Assembly (NCBI RefSeq): GCF_009914755.1 | Contig: NC_060930.1 | From: the human T2T-CHM13v2.0 reference genome, Homo sapiens | Reading direction: 5' to 3' (one strand) | Length of the DNA stretch: 64,000 nucleotides | Shown: piece by piece, positions 29,862 through 42,995 of the stretch | How positions within the stretch are numbered: the stretch's first letter is position 1 | How the letters are laid out: the number at the start of each line of letters is the position of its first letter | Position numbers and translations under genes: made by a program | The notes under the pieces: model-generated | Databases searched by the model: none | Told to the model about the DNA's origin: nothing | What the model saw: the letters and a program-made list of their open reading frames with translations, nothing else

Positions 29862-30379
29862 TAAAATAAATAAGATTTTAATTCAAACAGTATAGATACC
29901 AAAGCCTGTGTAATTTCTTTAAGTTCTTATTTATAATATGCTAATTTGAGCTTAAGATCCTTCACTAAAATAGATTTCATAATAAAATACAATTTTATTC
30001 GTACAAATATTAACTTTATACATGTGAATATCAATAGGCTACTAAATATGAATTTCTACTGTATATGCTTAATGAGTTTTTTTATTCTTTACAATAAAAA
30101 TCCAATATTACCATGAAGCTTATTATGCAATAATTTATGAGTGATATAAATATGTAAATTAAAAATTAATTATTAGAATTGGAATATTAAGTACTATATT
30201 TTTAAAAATATTTTTAGATTTCAAGTTAGCTAAAATATTAAAATCATATGGGTGAGCTCTAAAATAACAGAAATTAATTATTAAACTCCAAAATCATAAA
30301 GTGAAAAAAAGGAATAAAAATATTTCCTTCAAAAAAGAAAACAAATACATTTAGGGAAAGGAAGACAAAGTAGAACCAC

Positions 30380-30960
30380 ATGTGAAAGAAAATGAAATGT
30401 GTAATATTATAGTGATTACATTTAATACAAATAACAAATTTCTAGATAAATACAAAGATTCTCAAATTGGTTTTTAAAAATTAATTCAGCTATATGTATT
30501 TGTAAGAGACACACCTCAAACATAAATGTACTGAAAGGTTGAAAATAAAACAATATAAAAATATTTTAACAAAAGAAAACTGGGATTGCTATGTTTGTAT
30601 CAGACAGAACAGACTTCATATCAAAAAGCATTATGTGATATTGAATGTCATTCTACATTGAGAAATGTTTTGATTCGATAAAGGAATGTAATAAATGTAA
30701 GCAGGTTTCTTTAGTAAGAGCCTAAAATGATAAAAGGAATTTTATAAAATTACAAGTAAATAAACTAATCCAGCATGTCAGTAAGGTTTCTCAGATACCT
30801 TTATAAATAAGTAATAGAACAATCAAAAAATTTAATAAGAATATAAAGAATGGTAAGAATACTATTAACAAGATTGTCCTATGTAATTAGAAAATAGTCA
30901 TTCATTCTGTTCAAGTATAAATGAAATGTTTACAGAAACTATATGGAACAAGTCAAAATG
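30380..30960 (+). mobile_element. Old L1M ORF2 endonuclease-region fragment
   Basis: cagctatatgtatttgtaagagacacacctcaaacataaa...aaaggttgaaaataaaa...tatcagacagaacagacttc. Confidence 0.7.
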
Positions 30961-30989
30961 TTCAGTGAGTCCTATGGTAATATATTTTA

Positions 30990-31485
30990 TCCTCAGGATT
31001 ACCAATCCAACTCATTTACCAAGCGCTTCAGAAGGCTAAGAGTTTTGAATGGGGACCTGATGAAGATAGGGCTTTGTATCAGATGTAAGCTGAAGAATAA
31101 GATGCCCTGTTCCTCTCTTTGTAATCTCCCATATGTTTAATGGTGCTAGAAATAGATGTGGCAAATAAGAACTCTGTGTGAAGCCTCTGGCAAGCCCCAG
31201 AAGGAAAATCAAAGGATCGCAGAGCAAGTCATGCCTTCTACAGCAGAAAATTACTTGCCATTTGAAAAACTATTCATGGTTCGTTCCTGAGCCCTGGAGT
31301 GACTCCCCAGCAGACATCAATTGACAATGCAACCAAAAATGTCCATCATATCCTATGTATTGCTATATCCAACAAATTCTAAAATAGTCACAGCAGTAAT
31401 CTATCACCTGATAAAAAATGGTACATTTGAAATTGTGGCTAAGTAGGTGTAGAGGACACAAGTAAATTATCTGAACAAGTAGTTT
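30990..31485 (+). mobile_element. ERV-L internal pol fragment (RT connection/RNase H-like region)
   Basis: Decayed peptides KSFEWGPDEDRAL, SLWQAP, MPSTAENYLPFEK, KWYI, TSKLSEQV match the ERV-L pol pattern. Confidence 0.75.
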
Positions 31486-31522
31486 AGAATCTCTTATCCT
31501 CCATCTTTGTTTCTTATATCTA

Positions 31523-31885
31523 TTACATGGTTTGGCTCTGTGTTGCCACCCACATCTCAAATTGTAATCCCCATGTGTCAAGGGAGGAACCTGATGGGAG
31601 GTGATTAGATCATGGAGGTGGTTTCCCACATATTGTTTTTATGATAGTAAGTGAGTTTTTTATGAGATCTGAGGGTTTAAAAATGTGTGGCAATTCCCCT
31701 CCTTTTTTTTGCTCTCTCCTGCCACCTTGTAAAGAAGGTGCTTGCTTCTCCGCCTTCCACCATGATAGTAAGTTTCCTGAGGCCTCTCCAGTCATGCAGA
31801 ACTGTGAGTCAACTAAACCTCATTTCTTTATAAATTACCCAGTCTCAGGTAGTTCTTTATAGCAGTGTGAAAACAAATGAATACA
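31523..31885 (+). mobile_element. THE1D/MSTA-type MaLR solo LTR
   Basis: atggtttggctctgtgt...aaattacccagtctcaggtagttctttatagcagtgtgaaaac..aataca. Confidence 0.92.
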
Positions 31886-32348
31886 ATTTCTGTTTAATAT
31901 ACTTTTAGTATAATACAGTCCTAATGATGTAAATGTTTTGGAATGTATCGAAATTTGTTTTGTAACCTCTACAAAGTCAACTGTAATAATGCTGTGTGTA
32001 CATATATTAAAATTCTTATTTTTTATATTTGCTAAATAACTTTAATGTTCCCAACTTCAGTATTGTTACTATATTATTTTTCTATTTATTCAATCATTCA
32101 CCAAGCTAAGTGAGTTAGAAAATTTCCACTCTGTTGTGTCTGATGAATTTCTCTTTGTAGTTTGATTTCCCATTTTAACCAGCATTAACATATGTGCTAC
32201 AGCTGTCTTATGGTTAAGGTTTGAATAGTACAGGTTTTATATCTTTTCACGTTAACATATTTGTGTCTTTGAATTCATAAATGCATCTCTAGAAAACCAA
32301 TACTTATTTTTTTATCCAGTCTTGTTATCCTTGCCTTATAATTTGAGT

Positions 32349-33335
32349 TTCAACAGAGTAAACAGACAACCCACAGAATGGGAGAAAATTTTTGCAAACT
32401 ATGCATCTGAAAAAAGTCGGCATATATAAGGAACCTAAACAAACTTATAAGAAACAAAACAAACAACCCCATTAAAAAGTGGGCAAAGGACATGAACAGA
32501 CACTTCTGAAAAGAAAACATACATGTGGCCAACAATCATATGAAACAAAGCTCAACATCACAGATCACTAGAGAAATGCAAATCAAAGCCACAGTGAGAT
32601 ACCATCTCACACCAGTCAGAATAACTATTATTAAAAAGTCAAAAAATAACAGATGCTGATAAGGTTGTGGAGAAAAGGGAATGCTTATACACTGTTGGTG
32701 AGAGTGTCAATTAGTTCAACCATTGTAGAAGACAGTGTGATAGCAGTACTCAAAGACCTAAAAACAGAACTACCACTCAATTCATCAATCCCATTACTGG
32801 GTATGTACCCAAAGGAACATAAAATGTTCTGTCATAAGCACATATGCACATGTATGTTCATTGCAGTACTATTCACAATAACAAAGACATGGAATCAACC
32901 TAAATGTCCATCAATGGTAGACTGGATAAAGAAAATTTAATGCATATACACCATAGAATACTGTGTAGCCATAAAAAGAATGATATCATGTCCTTTGCAG
33001 GAACACGGATTGAGCTGGGGGCTGTTATCCTTAGCAAACTAGCAAAGGAACAGAAAGCCAAATACCACGTGTTCTCACTTATAAGTGGGAGCTAAATTAT
33101 GAGAAAACATGGATACATAGAGGGGAACAACACACACTGGGGCCTACAAGAGGGTGGGAGGAGGGAGAGGATCATGAAAAATAACTAATGGGTACTATGC
33201 TTAATACCTGGGTGATGAAATAATCTGTACCAGAAACCCCACATCGCAAGTTTACCTATATAACAAACCTGCACATGTACCTCTGAACTTAAAAATAAAA
33301 GTTAATAAAATAAATAATTATTAAAAAATAAAATA
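32349..33335 (+). mobile_element. 5'-truncated L1PA13-16-type 3' end
   Basis: caacagagtaaacagacaacccacagaatgggag...aacctgcacatgtacctctgaacttaaaaataaaag. Confidence 0.92.
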
Positions 33336-33459
33336 TTTATCTATGCCACAAAATAAAATTTAAAAAATATTATAACTTGGGTTTCCTCTGAAAGCTGGAT
33401 GGTTCTAAGGCCGGTCCTAGAAGAATGGATTCCAGGACATTTGTTTCTACAGTCACTTT

Positions 33460-33720
33460 TTAATCAAGTCTCATACGGCTGTGTCTGATGGATACAACCT
33501 AGTTCATACAAACGTGTGCCCCAACTGCTAGTAAAGAAGGGAAAGTGTTTCTGGCATCCATTTTGGGAAATCACCGACAAGTGGCTCGAGAAATCCCCCC
33601 CAAAAAGATGAGTTTTCAAAGGTACCAGGGAAGCCAAAAGCCTGGCACACTTCCATGAGATAGTAATCAGCATATGAGTGGAAACTGAAGCTGGGGATTT
33701 AGGTGCCACTACCCAGGAAA
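33460..33720. mobile_element. Possible old MLT1/ERVL LTR remnant
   Basis: gtgtctgatggatacaacctagttcat...ccccaactgc resembles old MLT1; weak. Confidence 0.3.
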
Positions 33721-33787
33721 AGTGGCTAGTATAACTATTTTAACTATTTCCTTTACTTATTAATTGTAATTTAATTTGTTCCTCCTG

Positions 33788-34102
<315 letters not shown>

Positions 34103-35443
34103 TTCTTTTGTTATTTTTAAAAGAGATTTTGTATGTTATTTCTCAGGGTAAAGCAGAATATATAGCAATGTGTGGAGAAGACGTATATGTAAAGAGAGAT
34201 TGTTTATAGAGTTGTAGCCCATGCAAAAACTAAGGCAAACATATATTTTACTTAGAATACTTTGGAAGTCTCTATGTTCATTACAGCATTTCTACAAGAG
34301 GAGATAGAGTAAGACTATTTCTGGAAACACTGGGAACTAGAATAGGAATTGCAGTTATTACACTGTAGATTTCAGGAAAAGTTTCTCCTCACCTATTTGT
34401 TATTCCCTTTCTCAAAAATATTCCACATGTTTATAAAGTAGGGAATGGGATTTAACAAGCAGCAGGGAAGGAATTCTAAACAATGAAACTCAAAAAAGGG
34501 AGAGAAAAAAGCAGCAACAATAAAATTGGCTTACCATTTTGTCATTAGTTGAAGTAGTAATGTCTCAGATATGCCTATTAAGAGTTGGGGAAATAGTTAA
34601 ACTTTTTGAAGCCTTCATTATTTTATTAATCTTGAAGATAAAATTGCAGTGAGAAGTTGGCATATTTACTTCTAATATGGAAAATATTCAAGGTATCTGA
34701 ATAAAAAGGGGTTCCCCACCTCTGCAAGACTCTCTCCTACAGAGTCCTGTATACACGTTTTTTCTTCAAGAAAAAAGAGATATATGCACACACGTATACA
34801 ACGTAAGCATATACAATATGAGAGAAGTTTAAAATTCCCTAAATTTTTTGTGGTTCTCCTTTAATCTTTCATAGAAACTTCTGTAAATAAAGCAATTAAA
34901 AGGAAAATAAAAGTAAATTCCTGACTTGCAGAATTTATTTGGTTAATTTTAATGATTTTTTTTTTGTTTTATTTCATTTTGTTTGTGTTGGTCCAGTTAT
35001 TTCAAAGACCTCTGAGTTTCTTTATCACAAGGATTTTCTTCCAATAAAAAACCTTCTGATGGGCATGGTGTATTACCTCTTTGGATCTTTGTACCTATCC
35101 ATCTATACTGTTAGGAATATCCCTGACCCTTAATCCCACCTATAAATATAACATCTTTCTTATATTAATTCCTATATATAGGAAATTTATGGTGAATTTA
35201 GATCCAAACATTGGCAGACAGAGAAAGTGGATACTCATAGTTAATTACAATGGGGAACAGAAAGTAAATGAGGAAAGCAGCACAGACTTTTTCATTTATA
35301 TCTACTCATGTCTCTTAGGAAACAGAGTGGGGTCCTTGTTTTCTTGACCTCTTCACTACTGATAAAATGTTCTTCCATTTATGTCCACAGATTACCAAAG
35401 ATTATACAACTTTGCCTAGCAAACTTATGTATTTCCTTAGTAT

Positions 35444-36202
35444 TGAAGCAGGAAATTTTCCCTGACTCCTTCGTGGGTGGGAATTGGAGCACACAGGTGC
35501 CAGCAGGGGCAAACTCCACTCATTTGACCTGCTGCGCTCAACCCCTCGTGGAAGGAAGCATATAGGTGAGCAGGTACGGAAGCCAGGGTGATGGCAGTAA
35601 CAAATTCCACACTAGACCCACAACAGTATCTAGTGGGGTGGCCGCAACCCCTAAAGCCCCAGAAGGAGTATTACAGTCAGTGCTTTTTTAGCTTTGTCAT
35701 CTGTGTATGGCTTAAGTGTTAACAGCACAGTGGAGGGTCAGTGTGACAGCCTTTTGCACCTACATGCAAGTTCTTGTCCAGTGTCCAAGAGGAACGAGTT
35801 TGCATGAACAAATTGGATATGGCAAATGTGGGGGACTTTATTGCTGATGAAAATGGCTCTCAGAGGGAAAGGGAGCTGAAAAGGGGAAGAGCTGGAAGGT
35901 AGAGCTACACCGTCATGCCATCCCTCTGAAGTCAAGTTGCTTCTCTTTGACATCCAACTGTAGTCTCCAACATCCAGCTGCTTCTCCTCTTCTCCTCTTT
36001 CTGCCAGTGGAGCCTGGAGTTTTTATGGGCACAAGATGTGCAGCAGGGTGGGCCATGGGTGGTTTTGGAAAAGGCAACATTTGATCAGGAAAACAGGAAT
36101 GCATGTTCTCACTTTTGGCCATAGCTCCAGGATTGATGGTGGGGCCCTTGATGGGGACCCGCCTTCTTCTGCCCAGAATTTCCCTGCCTCCTGTCCCTAT
36201 CA
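35444..36202 (-). mobile_element. ERV1 solo LTR (LTR28/LTR27 group)
   Basis: Minus strand tgatagggacaggaggcagggaaattctgggcagaaga...ggaaaatttcctgcttca; TSD gtat/atat. Confidence 0.85.
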
Positions 36203-36239
36203 ATATGTTTAATTTTCCACTGTCCAAAATGATTATTTC

Positions 36240-37320
36240 ACACTTTCTCTTCTGTGGACAATTCTACCTCTCAAACCCTCCTAGCTAGCAAATGGCTTTG
36301 CCTCTTACTTTATTAAGAAAAAAGAGACACTGCTACTAGTAAGCACACATCTAGCAGCTCATATGCATCTCTGCATCTGTAACAGCTGTGCTTCTGTGCT
36401 ATCTTGATGAGTGCAGGGCCTTTGCTCCTCTCAAAGGCCCACACATCCTCTCTAATTAGAATCCCATTTTTTCTCACAGTATCTCTCCTTCAATTATCTC
36501 CCTTATATCCTGCAACACTAATTTCTGTCTCTAGTGAATCATTCTGAATGGCAGCATATGAACTTACTAGCTCCTACCTTAGAAAAAAAATTGTTTAAAT
36601 GTTCTTCCATATCACATTTAGCTACCATTTTGATTTTTCAAAATGATTTTTTATTATGATGAATACAGGTAATTGAAATACCTTCTTCTGCAAGATTTAA
36701 GGGCATCTCTGCTGGTTTTCATTGACCAACTTTGCCTCCTTTGTCACATCCTCCTCTGCTCTATATGATATTGTTGGGGTGTGTCCAGACTTGTCCTGGG
36801 CTTCTTTTTCTTCAAACATGTTGTTGCTTCTAAGGGAGCCTATCTAATTCTCTTATTTTAAATGTTGGCCATGTGTCAATGAGCCCCAAATTATTCTCTG
36901 CAGTAATATCATATATATACCCACTATAATGTATCATTAGTAATTCTATATTATTGACACTTTAGCTGATGCTTCATGTGGATATATGCAAGCCAGATGG
37001 CTCCACCCATGCTTGTTCTGGAAAATGGAATGAAGAGGACGTGAGATCACTCTAGAGGGTAGAGCATGCCACTCCCATTAAAACTCTCAAATACACTTTC
37101 ATCAATGTGTTATAATTTTTATAAAACTTCTCACTTGATACTTTTATTGAAGATCTAAGATATTTCTAACTTAACATGGCCAAATAAGAACTCTCTCCAT
37201 CATCAACAAGCAGTATTCCTTCCTGCTCAATAAATACTATCACTTACATGCAGTGTTTTTAGCCAAATATGTATCAGTTGTTCTTGATTTTTCCTTTTCC
37301 TTTTCCTTTACCTTATTTGC
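36240..37320 (+). mobile_element. L2 LINE fragment, interrupted at about 36904-37125
   Basis: gcctcttactttattaagaaaa, gagccccaaattattctctgcag | ctaacttaacatggccaaataagaactc. Confidence 0.6.
36922..37096 (+). repeat. Local direct copy of 37577-37759
   Basis: Shared gagatcactctagagggtagagcatgcca and aagccagatggctc..cccatgcttgtt; roughly 85% identity by eye. Confidence 0.92.
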
Positions 37321-38624
37321 ATGGTAAAGACACCTGGTTAATTGAACTAGACTGCAGAAGAGCTTTATAAGCAGTTTTGGGCCAAACTAGAGGCAGGCAT
37401 TAGGCTTAGATTAAAATCAGACTGACTAATACTGTTGGCCTCTTTTCCAGGCCATTCCTCTAGTATAAATCTTTGCAATACTGCCATCATGATGTGAGGA
37501 AGTGTTAATAAATGAAGATTGCAAGGAATATTGCACTAAGTGGAGGAGAGTTCATTTCTTCCATTATAAGCTCATTCATTATAATATATGTATCATTGAT
37601 AATTCAATATATTATTGCTACTTTCAGCTAATGCTTCATGTGAATGTATGTAAGCCAGATGGCTCTGCCCATGCTTGTTATGGAAAGTGGAATGAAGGGG
37701 GCCAGAGATCACTCTAGAGGGTAGAGCATGCCATTCCCATTACAATTCCCCAAATACACACATACACACACACACACACACAAGCACATGCCACATCTAA
37801 TATTTTAAATTCATATTTTAATAGTATTTGCTGTTTCTAGGTTGTTTTTTTGTGTTGGGCAGAGTAGTGGGAGAGTACATGTTGTCTCCACAATATTGCA
37901 ATAAACTAAATATTATAATATGTTGGCTTTGATTATTCTGTGTCCTAAAATGTGCTTATTTTCTATTCTTTTTTGTCCTTGTTTACATTTAAAATTATAC
38001 AACTGTCAGTGTTGATTTATAAGATAGAATGTACATATAAACTGGATCTCTGTCTCAGAGTAAGGAGGTGGAAAGAAAACCAAGAAGTCTGAAAGTTGTA
38101 TTTCTGCCTCTGTATAGCACCAAATACTTTAAAGAATGAAACTGTTTCCATGTCTTTGTTGTCTCATCTTTGCCTTAAGGCAAAGTGAAATAAAAAGGAA
38201 AGACATAAGTAAAATGTGTCAACATAAAGATTTGTATTAAGATTGCCATAGGAAAAGGCAACATTTGTTTTCCTATATGCCCTGACTCCAAGAAACCCAG
38301 AACTGTCCTAGTTCTTTAAAACCAGGTCAAATTTGGGGACATATTTCCATAGTAGAATGGAGAAGAGGGTGGAAGTCATGGGGACTTGCAGTGTCACACA
38401 TAGGCATGTTTCATGTTCACCATCTTAGTAAAAATATGACAAAACCTTTGTATTTAACATTTGTTATGAACTTAGAAAATTCTTAAGTTCAGTGAATGAG
38501 GTAAAAAGAAAAAAAGAAATGCATTTATTTATTTAGAACCAACTGTGACTCAAAGCATATTTTGTGGTTTGGTATATTTTATGAATTATTTGTGTTACCA
38601 CTTTAATACAGTTGTCTAACATTG

Positions 38625-38740
38625 TACATGCTATTTAACTTCTTTGAGCTATGAATTCCTCATTGGTATGTACCCTTATTAATAGTTTCTACCCTGTAGG
38701 GTTATTGTGAGATTTAAATGTGATAACGTACAAGGAAGGC
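38625..38740 (+). mobile_element. MIR fragment
   Basis: tatttaacttct...ttcctcat...tagggttattgtgagatttaaatgtgataa. Confidence 0.65.
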
Positions 38741-40049
38741 TGTGGACTCTTAGACTTCAAATATTTCCTGATGTAAAATAGGAAATATTAGTCTTTCATC
38801 ATACTGAAATAAAGCAATTTGTAGACTTTTTAGACTTCATGTATTTTAAATGAGAGCCATTCCAATTTCAATGTATTGTTTTTGTTTTCCTTATGTGATT
38901 TGTTCTTACATGCATTTCAATTTTCAAGTTTTTCAACCTCAGGAGATTAAAACTGTATGAAAAATTCTGTGAGACTAAAAGAGATAATGTCTTTTAGCTT
39001 ATTTGCAGTAATCATCAATGAGCTATTTTGAGACCCAGTGTCATCTGTAAAAGCAAAAGTCAGAATACTCAAGAGTGGATGTATTTTTAATGCACTCTAT
39101 GAATGATAATGATTGACTCAATATGCCAGAGGGGAAAGTAGAAATCTCAGCATTCCCTTCCTCATGTTGTTTATCTTTGACATTATCATGTTTACATAAT
39201 TTTTAAAAGGAGAATGATAAACACTATTTTTTATTTTAAGAGTATAATACAACCAGTTGAAATGCTCAATATTTTTCAACTTTGGTATCACAGTGACACA
39301 AAGCTAAGAGTAATGATCTAGGAGTATTGCACAGATAACTGCTTGACTCTTATTTTCTCTGTCTCTATGAAAGCTAAATTTTATCTGCAAAGTAAGTGTA
39401 ACATCATCAAATTATCTCTTCATATAAACGGTTCTTGAATAGTAAGCTTTGATAGGTATTCTAACAGCTGAATTTGGAAAAGATCTAAATCTCAACAATT
39501 TTGAGGAGCAACTGAGCAAATTACATGCTTCTGCTTATTTCATGTTATATTTCAGTGATTTAAATCTTGAATGAAATCTGATTTATATGCAAGCCATTTA
39601 GGTTCATACATTTTAATCTCAAATATTTCAAGATTTATGAAATACATACATATATATGTATAAAATATCAACTCATGACCAGATCTACAAAACTACTAAC
39701 TTATATTTAAGTCAAGATAATATATAATTCCTGTATAATCCCTATAAAAAAATGTGTCTATGTAACAAATATTTTTAAAATTCAATTAACTCTTCAGGAA
39801 AATATTGATGACTTTTAAATACTAAAACAGCTGCAACCAGAGTAGTTAACTTACTTCAATATACAAAGAAAGAATATGAACCTTCTGTTGGCCAGTAAAA
39901 ACTATTTCAGAAATTATCCCAGTTACAAGTTACTAAGAACTGAAAGTGACTTGGGTACTAAATTTTAAAACAAAAAAATTCATTTAAATTTTATTTTATA
40001 TTTTTATTCCCCATCAGACTAACAGGAAGATTTATTTAAGTTTTGCACA

Positions 40050-42995
40050 GTACTGATCTGTTCAGGTTTTCTGTTTCTTCATGGTTCAATCCTGGTAAGT
40101 TGTATATCTCCAAGAATTTACCAATTTTTTTTCTAGTTTTTTGCTAGGTTTTCTAATTTGTTGGCATATACTTGTTCATAGAATTGTCATGATCCTTTGT
40201 ATTTCTGTGGTATCGGTTGTAATGTCTTTTTTATCACACCTATTTTATTCACAATAGCCAAGATATGGAAACAACATAAATGTCTATATACAGATGAATG
40301 AATAATGAAAATGTGATAGGTAGCTAGATAGACATGAACGGAATACTATTCAGCCATATAACTGAATGAAATTATGTCCTTTGTGGCAACATGGATGAAC
40401 CTGGAGGATATTATGTTAAGTGAAATAAACCAGACACAGAAAGATAAATACATAGAACCTAAAACAGTTGATTTTATAGAAGTAGAGAGTAAAATAGTGC
40501 TTACCAGACTCTGGGGAGAATAGGCAGGAGGAGGTGACTGGGATAATGGATACAAAGTTACAGTTAGATAAGAAGAATTAAGTTTCGGTGTTCTGTTACA
40601 CATTAGGCTGAGGTTTATTGGACAGTCATGGCGGACAGGAGGCAGGACTAAACTGCAGCTCTGACTCGGACAGACAGAGTAGGGTACAGAGGCTCACACT
40701 GTGAATATTAGTTCCACATCAACTGCAAAAATGAACCAGGAATCCTGAGAGGACCCACAGTCCCTCTGAAGGAAGTGGACTGCTCCTGCAGGACCCGGGA
40801 AACACCCCAAATACTCAGCCGCAACAAGACCTGCCCAAGGAGAGTCTGAGCTCAGGCATGCCTAGCCCTGCCCCCACCTGATGGGCCTTCCTTATCCACC
40901 CGGGGAAGGTGAAGACAAAGGCCATATAATCTTGGGAGTTCTAGAGTCCCACCCACTGCCAGTTCCTCTCCATACTGCCACAGCTGATGCTCTCTGGAAA
41001 GTGCCACCTCCCAGAAGGAGGCCAACCAGCACAAAAATAGAGCTTTAAATCATCAGAGCTAAGAACCCTCACAGAGTCCACTTGACTCCCTGGCCCCCTC
41101 CACTGAACACGTGCTGGTATCCACCACTGAGAGACCCATAGATGGTTCACTTCACAGAACTCTGTACAGACAACCCCCAGTACCACCCTGGAGCCAGGTA
41201 GAGTTGCTAGGTGGCTAGACCCAGAAGAGAGAATAAAAACACTGCAATTCAGCTCACAGGAAGGCACAGCCACAGGAAAATGGGGCGAGTACTACACCAA
41301 AGGAACACCCCATGGGACAAAAGAATCTGAATAGCCTTCAGCCCTAGACCTTCCCTCTGACAGAGCCCATCCAAATGAGAAGAAACCAGAAAAACAACTC
41401 TGGTAATATGATAAAGCAAGGCTCTTTAACACCCCCTCCCTCACCCCACAACAATCACACTGGCTCACCAGCAATGGAACGAAACCAAAAATAAATCCCT
41501 GATTTACCTAAGAGAGAACTCAGGAGGTTAGTTATTAAGCTAATCTGGGAGGCACCAGAGAAAGGTGAAATCCAGTGCAAGGAAATCCAAAAGTGATACA
41601 AGAATGAAATAGATAGCATGAATAAAAAACAATCAAAGCTTCAGGAAACAGCGGACACACATATAGAAATGCAAAATGCTCAGCAATATAATTGAACAAG
41701 TAGAAGAAATAAATTCAGAGCTCAAAGACAAGGTCTTTGAATTAACCCAATCCAACAAAGACAAAGAAAAAAATAAGGAAATATGGACAAAGCCTCCAAG
41801 AAGTATGGGATTATGTTAAATGACCAAACCTAAGAATAATCAATGTTCCTGAGGAAGAAGAGAAATCTAAAAGTTCAGAAAACATATTTGAGGGAATGAA
41901 TGAGGAAAACTTCCCCAGCCTTGCTAGAGATCTAGACATCCAAATACAAGGAGCACAAAGAACACCTGGGAAATTCATCACAAAAAGATCATCACCTAGG
42001 CACAGTGTCATCAGGTTGTCTAAAGTTAAGATGAAAGAAAGAATCTTGAGAGCAGTGAGACAAAAGCACCTGGTAACCTAAAAGGAAAACCTATCAGATT
42101 AACAGCAGATTTCTCAGCAGACACTCTACAAGCTATAAGGGATTGGGTCCCTATCTTCAGCCTCCTCAAACAAAGCAATTATCAGCCAAGAATTTTGTGT
42201 CCAGCAAAACTAAGTATCATATATGAAGGAAAGATACACTTGTTTTCAGAAAAACAAATGCTGAGAGAATTCATCACTACCAAGCCACCACTACAAGAAC
42301 TGCTAAAAGAAGCTCTAAATCTTGAAACAAATTCTGGAAACACATCAAAACAGAACCTTTTTTAAAGCATAAACCACACAGGACCTATACAACAAAAATA
42401 CAAGTTAAAAAGCAAAAACAAAAAAACCAAGGTACACAGGCAACAAATAGCAGGATGAATGCAATGGTACCTCACATTTCAATACTAACATTGAATGTAA
42501 ATGGCCTAAATGCTCCACTTAAAAGATACAGAACTGCAGAATGGATAAGAACTCACCATCCAACTATTTGCTGCCTTCAAGAAACTCACCTAACACATAA
42601 GGACTTACATAAACTTAAAGAAATGGGAAAAAGCATTCACACAAATGGACACGAAAAACGAGCAGGGGTAGCTATTCAGCTATTCAGACAAAAAAAAAAA
42701 AACTTTAAAATAATAGCAGTTAAAAGAGACAAAGAGGGACATTATATAATGGAAAAAGGCATTGTCACAGATTAGAGTGACTACAGCAAATAACGTTATG
42801 GTGTATATTTCAAGATAGCCAGAAGAGATTATGTTACGTGTTGTCACTGCAGATAAATAATAAATGTTTAAAGTGATAAGTGTGATAATTACAACAATTT
42901 GATCATTATACTATGTATTCTGCATGGAAACATCACATTGTACCCCATAACATTGTGTCAGTTGTAAATTTAAAAATTAAATACAAAATAAAGTC
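40050..42995 (+). mobile_element. L1MA-type 3' end with an inverted 5' piece (40050-40245, minus), host to the L1PB insertion
   Basis: Minus ORF2 piece joined to ttattcacaatagccaagatatgg; 3'UTR resumes at 42771 attagagtgactacag...catcacattgtaccccataa. Confidence 0.8.
40608..42766 (+). mobile_element. L1PB 5' portion (5'UTR, ORF1 from 41375, first ~300 nt of ORF2), 3'-truncated
   Basis: catggcggacaggaggcaggacta; MRRNQKNNSGNM; MNAMVPHISILTLNVNGLNAPLKRYR at 42455; stops at aaaggcattgtc with no A tail. Confidence 0.9.
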
